64,000 nt of DNA, from IMG/VR virus record IMGVR_UViG_3300048762_000476; one strand, given 5' to 3'. The notes beneath the pieces are model-generated. The model was not told where the DNA came from. It did no database searches and saw only the letters and a list, made by a program, of their open reading frames with translations. Source of the stretch: an uncultured virus (IMG/VR IMGVR_UViG_3300048762_000476). Lineage: Duplodnaviria; Heunggongvirae; Uroviricota; Caudoviricetes. The position numbers and the translations under genes were made by a program. Shown here one piece after another: positions 10,501-18,677 of the stretch (positions are counted from its first letter, which is position 1; every line of letters begins with the position of its first letter).

Positions 10501-11367
10501 CTGGAGGCTAAAATCGTTGAGCCCGAACGGGGTTGCAGTAGTGGAGTTGACGGTATTGGGCGTTGCGTTGGTAGACGCGTTGGAGCCACTGCCAGCTTCG
10601 GCAGTCGCCATGTTTGTTACGGTCGCCGCCGCACCGGACTTGGGGACGACGCTTATGTCGAGAGCCACTGTTTCAAACGAGGGTATCGATGACACGGTAC
10701 AAGTGAGGGTGGCGACCGCGCAGGAACGGGAATGTTCGCTGCCGCCAGACACGAGGTAGTAAGAGATCGCGGTGGCGACCAAATCCGATGGAAGCGTGTC
10801 ACGAATGTTGACTTCGGTCGCCGTTTGTGGACCGGTGTTCGTTGCCACCACCTTATATCTGTCTAGTGTAGGCATAGCTTTTGTTACTTCGGCCATCACT
10901 GCTGTCTTCGTGGAGTTGCCAGTCAGCGCGGTGTTGTCGCTCCGGAATTCCTGAATCTCCACGCCAGAGAGGCTGCCGTCGAACGTCACCACGTACGGCG
11001 TGGTGTTCGTTTCGCTGCATCCAGTTGCACCGCCGGTCACCGTTACGTTACCGGCGCCGATCTTTTCAAGTGCTTCGAGCGCCGCCTGCACCGTCGCGGC
11101 AGGTGCGTCGCACGCAAGGCTCGTGGTTGTTTCACCGTGGGCGGCCAGCGTAAACGTGCCGCCCGCGGCGTCGACGGTCACGCCGTCCACCTCGTCGACG
11201 TGATCGTTCGAAGAAAAGTTCGTTGGCGTCGCGATGGAAGTTACCGACCATCCCGGTGTCGGCGCTTCGGCCGCCGAGGCCGCAGCGGGCACGGCGAGGG
11301 AAGTGACCAGGAGGACCAGTGCGGCACGGGATGAGCGAGCATGCGTGCGGAGTGCTCGGCGAATCAT
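7537..11367 (-). CDS. Large secreted Cys-patterned repeat protein with DUF11-like N-terminal domain (1276 aa)
   Basis: Signal peptide; YKVVATNTGP..NIRDTLP (DUF11-like); four repeats with P..(G)...C...C..S..G pattern; basic beta-rich C-terminus; ATGA overlap with the upstream gene. Confidence 0.87.
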   Translation of the reverse strand: MIRRALRTHARSSRAALVLLVTSLAVPAAASAAEAPTPGWSVTSIATPTNFSSNDHVDEVDGVTVDAAGGTFTLAAHGETTTSLACDAPAATVQAALEALEKIGAGNVTVTGGATGCSETNTTPYVVTFDGSLSGVEIQEFRSDNTALTGNSTKTAVMAEVTKAMPTLDRYKVVATNTGPQTATEVNIRDTLPSDLVATAISYYLVSGGSEHSRSCAVATLTCTVSSIPSFETVALDISVVPKSGAAATVTNMATAEAGSGSNASTNATPNTVNSTTATPFGLNDFSLQTTDEDGGGSSSAAGHPYSLTFSYDTNTVPRELEKSNDKPYEVVASPKNIVVDLPLGLIGNPLATATRCALSDLNTSKGLAPCPKSSILGYVVIEGEAAAGGEVVGSRYAIASTTPIFNMIPERGYPAEFGIEQLSKSVLLYANVAHTSLGYQLRVSVPGLLKADELHFASLTFFGDPAQVDEVASPDIPETAFVTNPADCASGPLTARIEANSWQHPEEWTSAESITYPSLTGCSLLQFNPTLAMAPSPTSEEGTTQADEPSAYTVDLRVPQTTGFTETATPALRDATVTLPAGVSVSPSAAEGLEGCRETGPEGIDMPVSALHPDEAGEGEEIAADGLAHLAAGHCPAGSTLGTAEVSTPLLPHPLLGHVYLAEPKCGAAGQSACTESSATNGELYGLYIEAAGEGVVIKLPGKVAADPATGRLTASFDENPQLPFEELKLHFDGGPRAPLANPQTCGSYATTSILSAWSGQEVSETSPAFSIDWNGQGGACPSSLPFAPAFSAGTVTASAGAYSPLTVTFSRQDREQDLTGIQVKTPPGLLGMLSHVSLCGEAQANAGSCESASQIGTTTVSAGAGEHPFYLSGRVYLTGPYNGAPFGLSVVVPAVAGPFSLGNVIVRAAIDIDPQTAALTITSGPLPQIIDGVPTRLRTVNVAVNRPEFTFNATNCSAQQIQATISGSGGGSSAAASPYTPSGCAALPFDPSLSASTAPTTSKAYGASLDVKIAQKPGEANIQKVELEIPMALPTRDSTLNKACLEAQFNADPAGCPHGSVIGTAKAVTPALDVPLTGPAILVSHGGAAFPDVEYVLQGQGVTIILDGKTQIKDGVTYSRFETVPDAPISSFETSLPEGPYSILGTNFPASANESTCRVNLVMPTIIVGQNGAQRTQNTRIAPSGCPLTVSVAKTKIEGSILVVTLQASAAGRVRISGAGLKTTTRSVKAGTQTVRVFLTRSGRAKARKRTKVPLTVRLTAGRQAASKTTAVKL

Positions 11368-14300
11368 TTCTTTCCCTTCTTCCTGGGCTTCGGTTTGCCT
11401 GCGTACTTGCTCCGCGCCTGCTTTGCGCAGCTCTCGCGCTTGCTCTTCTTCTTCTCGCTCCTACAGCTCTTCAGCGCTTTCGCGAGCTTCTGCGCCTTGG
11501 TTAGCGGTTTTGCCGGCGTGGGGTGCGTCGCGGGCTTCGGAACCGGCACGGGCGCGAGCACGGGGAGCAGGGCCGCGCTCGCGGGCTGGGAGAGACCGGT
11601 CGAGGTGCTCGGCGCGGTGCCTGGCGCGGGCTGTGCCACCGCCGGCGGTTCCGCTGCGGTAGTGAACGACTGGTGGGCCCCTTCGACCTTGCCCGACGCG
11701 TTTTCGGCCACCAGCCAGTAGGCGTATTCGCTGTCCGGGACGAGGCCCGCGACCCTCTCTGGCGTGATCGCGACCGTTCGGTTGCCGGCGGACACCGCGG
11801 CCGGCGCGACCATCTCGGTGTCCCCGAGGCCGGGGCGTTGGTACTCGAAGTAGTAGCTCGTCGGGTAGCTCGAGCTGGTGCTGTTGCCGGGGTCGATCGT
11901 CGCGCTCAGCAACGCCCCGTTGGCCGTGATTTCGCCGACCTGCTCAGACTCGACGACCGGCGCCGCCGGGCCTGTGGTGAAGGTGCGTGGCGCAGAGGAC
12001 GTCGTGACAGTGGGGTTGCGCGCGCTGAGACGATAGCCGTAGCTCGTGCCTGGTTGGAGGCCCGTCAGCGTGATCTGGACGCCGACGCCGGTGTCGTTGC
12101 TCCCGGTTTCGGCCTGTTCGATCTGTGCCTTGGTGAGCGTCACTTCGGCGGTACGTGCCGTGTATGGCGTGCAGGTGAAGTTGCCGAAGGTGACGTGGCA
12201 CGGCGCATATTCGAGCCAGTAGACCGTTTCGCTCTCGCCAGTCGACTTGAACTCGCCGGGCAGCATCGCGGCTACTGAGGTCACGGCGGTTGCTTCGCCG
12301 ATCGTCAGGAAGGCGAACGTCGGCTGCGTCGTGAAGGTCTTTTCGCTTCCATAGGTGGTTCCCGTGGAGTTGTGCGCGGCGAGCCTGTAGTGGTAGGTCG
12401 TCGCTTCGGTGGAGTTAGCGAATCTCGCGACGCCGCTCACTTCGCGGGATCCCGGGTGCGCTTCTACTTCCGCGCGGCCGATGGTCGCGGGCGTCGTCTT
12501 CGCGTCCGATCCGGTCAGCGTCGCGGCGGCGTATTCGAAGTAGTATTCGGTTTCCTCGTATTCGGGTTTTTGTTCGTTCGGGGTCAGCGAGCCGGCGAGT
12601 GTGGCGCTGGTAGCTGTGACTTCGCTGGCTTCGCCGGTGATGACTGCTGGGACCGACGGCAGCGTCGTGAAGGCTTCTTCTTCGCCTGAGACGAGCTGGC
12701 TGTAGAGCTTGTTCTTGGCGACGAGCTTGTAGTGGTAGGTCGTTCCCCCGCTCAGGCCGGTCAGGGTGGCGGTCACGGTCTTCTTTTCGCCTTCCGCTCC
12801 GGTCACCGTCGCCGTCGCCGTCTTTGTACCGGACGCGGTCGTGGTGCCGTATTCGAAGTAGTATTCGATTTCGGCGCCGTCCGGTTCGATCGAGCCTTCC
12901 ACGGTGGCTTCGGTGATCTTGACTGCCGAGGGCGGCCCGGTTTTGACGCCCTGCACGGCATTGGCGGTCGAAAACGTCTGGTCTGAGCCGTGACCGGGAC
13001 CCTTGGTGTTGGTGCCGGCGATGCGGTAGTGGTAGCTGGTGCCGGGTTCCAGGCCGGTTAGTTCGGCGCTCACGGCCGTGGGTCTCGTGCCTTCGCCGAT
13101 TTCTGTCGCGCTCTGCTTGCACGGTGCGGAATGGCCATAGGAGTCGGCGGTGCCGTATTCGAATTCGCAGACGCTGACCGCGTGGCCTTCGGGGTTGACG
13201 GTGCCGTTGAGGGTCGCGGTCGTCACGCCGATAGCGGTGGCGGTGCCGGTGACCCAGGTCGCGCCTTCGCTTGCGGGCGCGAACACCTCGAGGTTGCCGG
13301 CGGCGGGGTTGGTGACGTAGGCGTCGTGCGTTTCGTCGTTGACGGCGACACCCTCGGAGCCGTTGAATTCTCCGGCGCCGAATTCTTCTACCTTGCTTCC
13401 CGTTGAGCTATAGACAGTGACGTGCGTGCCTTCGTCGACGAGCACGTTCTCCGTCGCGGCTTCGACCGAAACGGCGCCGCCTTTCGCCGCAAGCATTTCT
13501 TCGTGTTGAACTTCGGCTTTGGCGTTGACTTCCAGCTTGGCCACGCCGACAGGTTCTTCGCCAACCGGGACGTAGGCGCCGAGATACACGACACCTGGCG
13601 CGCCCACCGCGATATATGCCGGAGTGTTAATTTCTGTCGGATGAAACTTCCCGACTTCCTGGCCGGCCGGGTCGAACTCGATGACTTCGTCGTAGTAGTT
13701 CGCCACATATACGTTGCCATCGGTGTCGACCGCCACGCCGTTCGGTGCGAATTCTTCTTCAACATGAACGAGCGTTTCCTTTTCGTATTTACCCGTTCCC
13801 GTGTTCAGCTTCAGCTTGACGACCTGGTGTTCGCCGCCCTCTTCGGCGACGTACACGTCGCCGTTTGACGGGTCAAACGATTCGCACGCGGAACCCGTCA
13901 GGCGTGGATTGTGGAAGTAGCACGCGTTATCGACCGCTACTCCCGCCGCTTCGCTCGCCCCGAAGCCTTCAAAGCCTTTGATGTGTTCCGTGACTCCTCC
14001 GGCTGGCGCGCCGCCTTCGGCGCCATAGACGTCCACTTCTTCTTTCGCGCTGTCGGCGACGTAGACGTTCCCCGTTTCCTCATCGACAGCGGCTCCGGTC
14101 GGGAAGCTGAAGCTTTCGCGCGCGCTGAACGGCGCTGATTCAAGGATTCGAGAACGGGGCCCAGACGTGTGGCTTTCGCTGCCGAACGCCTCGAGGTCTT
14201 TGCCCGCGGGGTTGGTGACGTAGGCGTCGTGCATTTCGTCGTTGACGGCGACACCGCGGGATTCTTCGAATTCCGCGGCGCCGAATTCTTCGGTGATTGC

Positions 14301-15353
14301 CCCGGTTGAGCTGTAGACGACGATCCGGGAGGTTTCGTCGACGAGCACGTTGCCTTCAGAGTCGACCGCAACCGCGCGCCCTTCCGGTTCAGCGGGGCCA
14401 CCCGGGCGGGTCGCCAGCATCGCTTCGTGCTGCACCGCGAAGCTACCGTTGACTTCGACCTTCGCGACACCCCCGCCGTAGTTGCCGACGTAGAGCACGC
14501 CGGGTTCGCCGATCGCGAGATAGGCCGGGTGTTCGATCAGCGTCTGCGCGACTTCGCCGACTTTCGCCCCGGCCGGGTCGTAGACCGTGATCGTGCGCGC
14601 TTTGTAGTTGGCGATGTAGACGTCGCCGTGGGAGTCGACCGCGACGCCGTTCGGTTCGATCGGGAGGTCTTCGTGTTCTTCGGTTTCCTGGAGCGGTTCG
14701 ACGAAGGTTTCTTTTTCGTATTCGTGGGTGCTCGTGTTCAGCTTGAGGCGGACGATCGCGTGGCCCGGCGCCTCGGAGACGTACACGTCGCCGTTGGCGG
14801 GGTCCGCCGATTCGCAGGCGCTACCGGACAGCTTCTGCAGGTAGCAGGAGTTGTCGACCGCGACCTCCTCCGGTTCGTTGACGCTCCCGAATTCAAAGCC
14901 CGCGACCGGCGAGACCACGCCGCCGGCCGGGGCGCCGCCTTCGGCGCCCACGACCTCGAGCGTGCCCGCTTCGCTGTCGGCGACGAACACGTTGCCCGTC
15001 GCCTGCTCGACCGCCACGCCCGTCGGATCGTGGAACGCTCCCGCCGGGAAGGCCGATTCGAAGATGCGCGCGCGTCCCGCGGCCGCATCCGCAGAAGCGC
15101 TCGACAGGAGAAGCGCGAGCATCACGAGCACGGCGGAGGCAAACGCCACCACCGGTGGCTTGACGGCGAATGCACGTCGTGTGGCTGCGGCGCTGAGGGA
15201 CACACGTGGATGATACGGCATCGCTGGCGTCGTCCGCCAGTGCGTGTCTATGCAGACTGGGCCGCCTGCGGGAACAGGGTCGCCGCGGTGTGCGCGCGCG
15301 GCCACGCCGAGGTCGGCGCGATGACCGCGATATGAGGTGCTGCTGTGCCGCAT
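11364..15353 (-). CDS. Secreted NHL-repeat / fibronectin type III protein with basic two-Cys C-terminal tail; true start may be 15221 or later
   Basis: Two NHL propeller units (PTGVAV...GNVYVAD, PNGVAVD), five Fn3-like repeats (YYFEYG...GL..GT.YHYRL...FTT), tail KPLTKAQKLAKALKSC...CAKQARSKYAG. Confidence 0.87.
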   Translation of the reverse strand: MRHSSTSYRGHRADLGVAARAHRGDPVPAGGPVCIDTHWRTTPAMPYHPRVSLSAAATRRAFAVKPPVVAFASAVLVMLALLLSSASADAAAGRARIFESAFPAGAFHDPTGVAVEQATGNVFVADSEAGTLEVVGAEGGAPAGGVVSPVAGFEFGSVNEPEEVAVDNSCYLQKLSGSACESADPANGDVYVSEAPGHAIVRLKLNTSTHEYEKETFVEPLQETEEHEDLPIEPNGVAVDSHGDVYIANYKARTITVYDPAGAKVGEVAQTLIEHPAYLAIGEPGVLYVGNYGGGVAKVEVNGSFAVQHEAMLATRPGGPAEPEGRAVAVDSEGNVLVDETSRIVVYSSTGAITEEFGAAEFEESRGVAVNDEMHDAYVTNPAGKDLEAFGSESHTSGPRSRILESAPFSARESFSFPTGAAVDEETGNVYVADSAKEEVDVYGAEGGAPAGGVTEHIKGFEGFGASEAAGVAVDNACYFHNPRLTGSACESFDPSNGDVYVAEEGGEHQVVKLKLNTGTGKYEKETLVHVEEEFAPNGVAVDTDGNVYVANYYDEVIEFDPAGQEVGKFHPTEINTPAYIAVGAPGVVYLGAYVPVGEEPVGVAKLEVNAKAEVQHEEMLAAKGGAVSVEAATENVLVDEGTHVTVYSSTGSKVEEFGAGEFNGSEGVAVNDETHDAYVTNPAAGNLEVFAPASEGATWVTGTATAIGVTTATLNGTVNPEGHAVSVCEFEYGTADSYGHSAPCKQSATEIGEGTRPTAVSAELTGLEPGTSYHYRIAGTNTKGPGHGSDQTFSTANAVQGVKTGPPSAVKITEATVEGSIEPDGAEIEYYFEYGTTTASGTKTATATVTGAEGEKKTVTATLTGLSGGTTYHYKLVAKNKLYSQLVSGEEEAFTTLPSVPAVITGEASEVTATSATLAGSLTPNEQKPEYEETEYYFEYAAATLTGSDAKTTPATIGRAEVEAHPGSREVSGVARFANSTEATTYHYRLAAHNSTGTTYGSEKTFTTQPTFAFLTIGEATAVTSVAAMLPGEFKSTGESETVYWLEYAPCHVTFGNFTCTPYTARTAEVTLTKAQIEQAETGSNDTGVGVQITLTGLQPGTSYGYRLSARNPTVTTSSAPRTFTTGPAAPVVESEQVGEITANGALLSATIDPGNSTSSSYPTSYYFEYQRPGLGDTEMVAPAAVSAGNRTVAITPERVAGLVPDSEYAYWLVAENASGKVEGAHQSFTTAAEPPAVAQPAPGTAPSTSTGLSQPASAALLPVLAPVPVPKPATHPTPAKPLTKAQKLAKALKSCRSEKKKSKRESCAKQARSKYAGKPKPRKKGKK

Positions 15354-15584
15354 CTCCTTTGCCCCTTAACCTGATTCTTCTGATACTTCTAACACGCGGT
15401 GTAACTGGAAGTCGCGGCGTCCCAGGCGTGCGACCGCCGTTTCCTGAGCGGCAGTTGCGGCGGGCCGCGCTATGTGGTCCCAAGAGCACAGAGAATGGAC
15501 GGGAGGCCCGTGGCGATCAGCTCGCGGCGCGGCCTAGTCGCCGCTGATACTCATCCTCCCAGCACTGGAGGCGGGCGAAGCGCC

Positions 15585-15659
15585 GGGGCCGCGGGCGTGT
15601 CCGCGGCCCCTGGCACTTCGTCGGTCCTTCAGATGCCTGTGCCTACCGGCTGCACAGGC
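15585..15659 (-). terminator. Two stem-loops downstream of 15672-16352
   Basis: GGGGCCGCGG/CCGCGGCCCC (15585-15610) and GCCTGTGC/GCACAGGC (15635-15659). Confidence 0.5.
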
Positions 15660-15671
15660 ACCGGTCTCCTG

Positions 15672-16352
15672 CTAGCTGAGGAAGATGCCGGCGCCTTTCG
15701 GGCCTTCATTTTCGATTTCGGCTTCGAATTCAGCAGCGGTCGTACCGAATTTCAGTTCGCCGCCTTTGAATTTCTCGATTTTGCCGCTTTTACCGGTGAA
15801 TTCGCCTTTCACCGTTCCCGTCACCGGGACTTTCCCGGGGCAGCCGGTGCCCGTGAGGTCTACTTCGGTGAAGGGCTCACCCGTCGGGGGCGTGAGTTTG
15901 TTGAAGATAACTCCACCTGTTTCTTCCAGAATGGTGTTCGCTTCGACTTCGATCGGTTCCGCGACCGTGCAGCTCGCGAGGGCCCCAGTGGCTTTGCATT
16001 TCGTGAAGGAGATTTCGTCGAGGTTCCGTCCGACTCCGGCCCGGTTGAAGATGTAGGCCTCATCCGCGACCACGGTGCATTCGATGCCGCTTTCTCCAGC
16101 TTTCAGCACAGCGACGGTTCCCGATTTGTTTTTCGAGGTCGTCACGACTCCGTTGCTGAGGTTACCGACGAGCTCCTTTTCGAAGTTGCTTTTCGCTTTT
16201 TCGGTCGTGCAGCCGATCGTCGTGAATTTCCCGGTTTCTTTCGTGACTTCTTTACAGAGTTCATACTCGGGGGCTGCTGATGCCGCGGCTGTGACGGACG
16301 CAAACGCCACGAGCGCGAGCACCGGCAGGAGTAGTGCGTAGAGCTTCCTCAT
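15672..16352 (-). CDS. Small secreted Cys-containing beta-rich protein, copy A (226 aa)
   Basis: Start MRKLYALL (RBS AAAGGA); signal ending ASA|APEYELC; same Cys pattern as 3815-4552. Confidence 0.82.
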   Translation of the reverse strand: MRKLYALLLPVLALVAFASVTAAASAAPEYELCKEVTKETGKFTTIGCTTEKAKSNFEKELVGNLSNGVVTTSKNKSGTVAVLKAGESGIECTVVADEAYIFNRAGVGRNLDEISFTKCKATGALASCTVAEPIEVEANTILEETGGVIFNKLTPPTGEPFTEVDLTGTGCPGKVPVTGTVKGEFTGKSGKIEKFKGGELKFGTTAAEFEAEIENEGPKGAGIFLS

Positions 16353-16368
16353 TGCTATCATCCTTTGG

Positions 16369-16423
16369 GTCGTATTGCTGGAGAGCCTCGGGGCGCCCGT
16401 CTTTGCGAGAGGAGGCGCTCCGG
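16369..16423 (-). promoter_or_regulatory. Conserved structured 5' leader, copy A
   Basis: Aligns with 4566-4620; identical core at 16398-16413 enclosed by a GC-rich stem. Confidence 0.6.
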
Positions 16424-16884
16424 GGCCTTATCTTGTCGGTTCTCCCCGCTCCCAGCGTCGGCACACGGAAAGGGCTGGTTCGGTCCCTGTTCTCTGCCAG
16501 CGCCATCGCTACGAAGCCGGCGCCGGCTGTGAAGGACCGTGGGAGCTCATTGGTCCGCCCCGGAGGGCAGTGAGCCTGCCAATGACGTTGGTCTTTCTCC
16601 CTGGTTACTCCTCCTCGGTACGGACCTGCTGGATCTTTCGATCCTGGGAGCACGCTGCTGGCCCCCAGCAATCGGACATTGCGGATCAAAGCACACCCGC
16701 CGAGCGTTTTGGGCCGTCTTTGGACACTTGCCTCGATCACCTCTCATGTAGGTGTCGCTGGGAGTTCAGCTCGTCTTGGGGCTTTGTCCCGTAGTCAAGG
16801 GAGATCCACCTACTGGAAGTTCTGAAGATGACGGGCTTTAGGTGTCACAGGTTGTAAAGCAAGATTTAGGTTCGAGGCCGTGGT

Positions 16885-17817
16885 TCAGGCGAGCAGAGCG
16901 GAGCTGAGCCCTTCGAGGACGGCCGCGACGAGCGCATGGTCGCCGGTTGTGTCGAGCTTGGCCGGGTCGCAGTGCAGGAGTGCCTCGCACCAGCGCTCGG
17001 GGGTCGCGCGGCTGCACGCTTGCGGAGGCTCGAGCGCTGGCGTGGTCACGACGGCGATCCGGCCCGCGGCGGCGACAAGGTCGAGGTCCGGTTCGGTGAT
17101 CTGAGAGTCCAGACGCCAGCGGCAGGTCCCATTGACGCTGTGCGGTACGTGGGCCACCGGTGCGAGTAGGTGCATGCGGCCTAGGAGATCGCTGGGGAGG
17201 GCCTCGGGGTTGCCGCGCTGCAGCTCGCAGTGGGCCGCGCGCAAGGCAATGACGGTCATATGCCGGGCATTGTCGCTCAGGACGTAGCGGACCTCTCCGT
17301 TCGTCCCTTCACGGGAGAGGACCCCGTAGCCGGGTAGAGCTTTCAGGCGTCGTAGGAGCACGGAGCGCGTGAGATTAGGCACGCGCACCTGTAGATCGCT
17401 GAAGCGCTGGGGGCCGTCGGCGAGGGCGCGCACGATCGCGCGGGTACGGCGGTCGGAGACAAGCTTGATCGCCCAGAGGCCCGCCACTATGGGCTGCTCG
17501 GCCGGCGTGCACCAAGCTCGCTCGCAGTGCCCGGCGCTGGAGAGGACCGCGAGTAGGCAGTCGCGGCCGAGCTCGGTGAGCGAGTACAACACCCCGGGTC
17601 GTCCATTGCTCGTCGGTGACTCCTCTGCGCTCACGAATCCGTTAGAGGTGAGTGTGCGCAGACGCCGCCGGACCGTCCAGCCCGCGATTCCCTCACGTGG
17701 AGCCTCGACGTCGCTGACGCGCGTCGGACCCTTGCTCAACCGTTGGAGGACGATGAGCGTGCACTCGTCGATCAGGAGATCCAAGGTGGCGTCCCCGAGG
17801 CGGTCTCGATGGCTCAT
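16885..17817 (-). CDS. Tandem HxlR-family winged-helix regulator with possible SCP2-like C-terminus
   Basis: Two HxlR-like units (GPTRVSDV...RRLRTL...YSLTELG; GPQRFSDL...RRLKAL...YVLS). Confidence 0.75.
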   Translation of the reverse strand: MSHRDRLGDATLDLLIDECTLIVLQRLSKGPTRVSDVEAPREGIAGWTVRRRLRTLTSNGFVSAEESPTSNGRPGVLYSLTELGRDCLLAVLSSAGHCERAWCTPAEQPIVAGLWAIKLVSDRRTRAIVRALADGPQRFSDLQVRVPNLTRSVLLRRLKALPGYGVLSREGTNGEVRYVLSDNARHMTVIALRAAHCELQRGNPEALPSDLLGRMHLLAPVAHVPHSVNGTCRWRLDSQITEPDLDLVAAAGRIAVVTTPALEPPQACSRATPERWCEALLHCDPAKLDTTGDHALVAAVLEGLSSALLA

Positions 17818-17925
17818 CTCGCTCTGGCTCCCCAGCCCTTTCCTCGGATACGTGCGCCCGCCTGGCTGCGGACAGAATCTGGTTCCAGAGCATAGGACGA
17901 ATCGACACCGGCGGCAAACGCCGGG

Positions 17926-18663
17926 CTATGTTGGACGGATGTATGACTCGGTCGCGGCTTCGCTCAAGCCGAGGTCCGGCTGGGTGCTCTCGGATTGCGG
18001 AAGGACACAGGTGATCGCCGCGGCGCCGAGGTGAGTCTGCCCGTCCCAGCGCAGTGCGGGGGCGCTGGTGATGCCGATCCGCCGAAGCTCGGCGGCAATC
18101 GCCTGCAGCTCTCGATCACAACTCGATCCCGCTTCAGCAGCAAGCACTGCCTCGTCGGGATCGAGGCCCATGCCCGCGTCAATCGCCAGCAGGTACTGCT
18201 CGGGATGGTCGGGGTCAACGTTCTCCCACTCCACGGATCCGGTGATCTGGTCGACATCCAGTGCCGAGCCAAATGCGAGCCGAGTCATTTGGAACATGAA
18301 CGAGGCGGCTCGGCCTTGCCGCGACGCGAGCATCGCCAAGCGCATTGCCTTCGGCACCGGGGCGGGATGACGCTGGGGCCAATTCAGCGGCAGCCGCGCG
18401 CGCTCAGCGCAACTCCGTGCGGCGTCACGCTCGAGGTCCAGCGGCGCCGGCGCGCTCGCCAAGGGACACCAGAGCGTCCCCTCGGACTGCCGGGCAAGCC
18501 AACTCAAGGGCTGCACGAGCAGATAGGTCTCAACCGAGGCGAGGTCGAGGATGACCAGGGGCACGTCCGGATTGCCCCATACGTCGTTAGCGTCTTGGGA
18601 GCGAATGTCGCTAGGCGGGGCCACGCGGATTACTAATGCGCACATGCCGTGTCCACGGATCAA
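17926..18663 (-). CDS. DsbA/2-hydroxychromene-2-carboxylate isomerase-like thioredoxin-fold protein, divergent; start uncertain
   Basis: DLASVETYL (degenerate D..SPY.YL), LPLNWP, AMRLA..A...GR...F...RLAFG, C-terminal GI...PAL..DG..H.G. Confidence 0.6.
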   Translation of the reverse strand: MIRGHGMCALVIRVAPPSDIRSQDANDVWGNPDVPLVILDLASVETYLLVQPLSWLARQSEGTLWCPLASAPAPLDLERDAARSCAERARLPLNWPQRHPAPVPKAMRLAMLASRQGRAASFMFQMTRLAFGSALDVDQITGSVEWENVDPDHPEQYLLAIDAGMGLDPDEAVLAAEAGSSCDRELQAIAAELRRIGITSAPALRWDGQTHLGAAAITCVLPQSESTQPDLGLSEAATESYIRPT

Positions 18664-18677
18664 CGCAAGAGCTTGGA

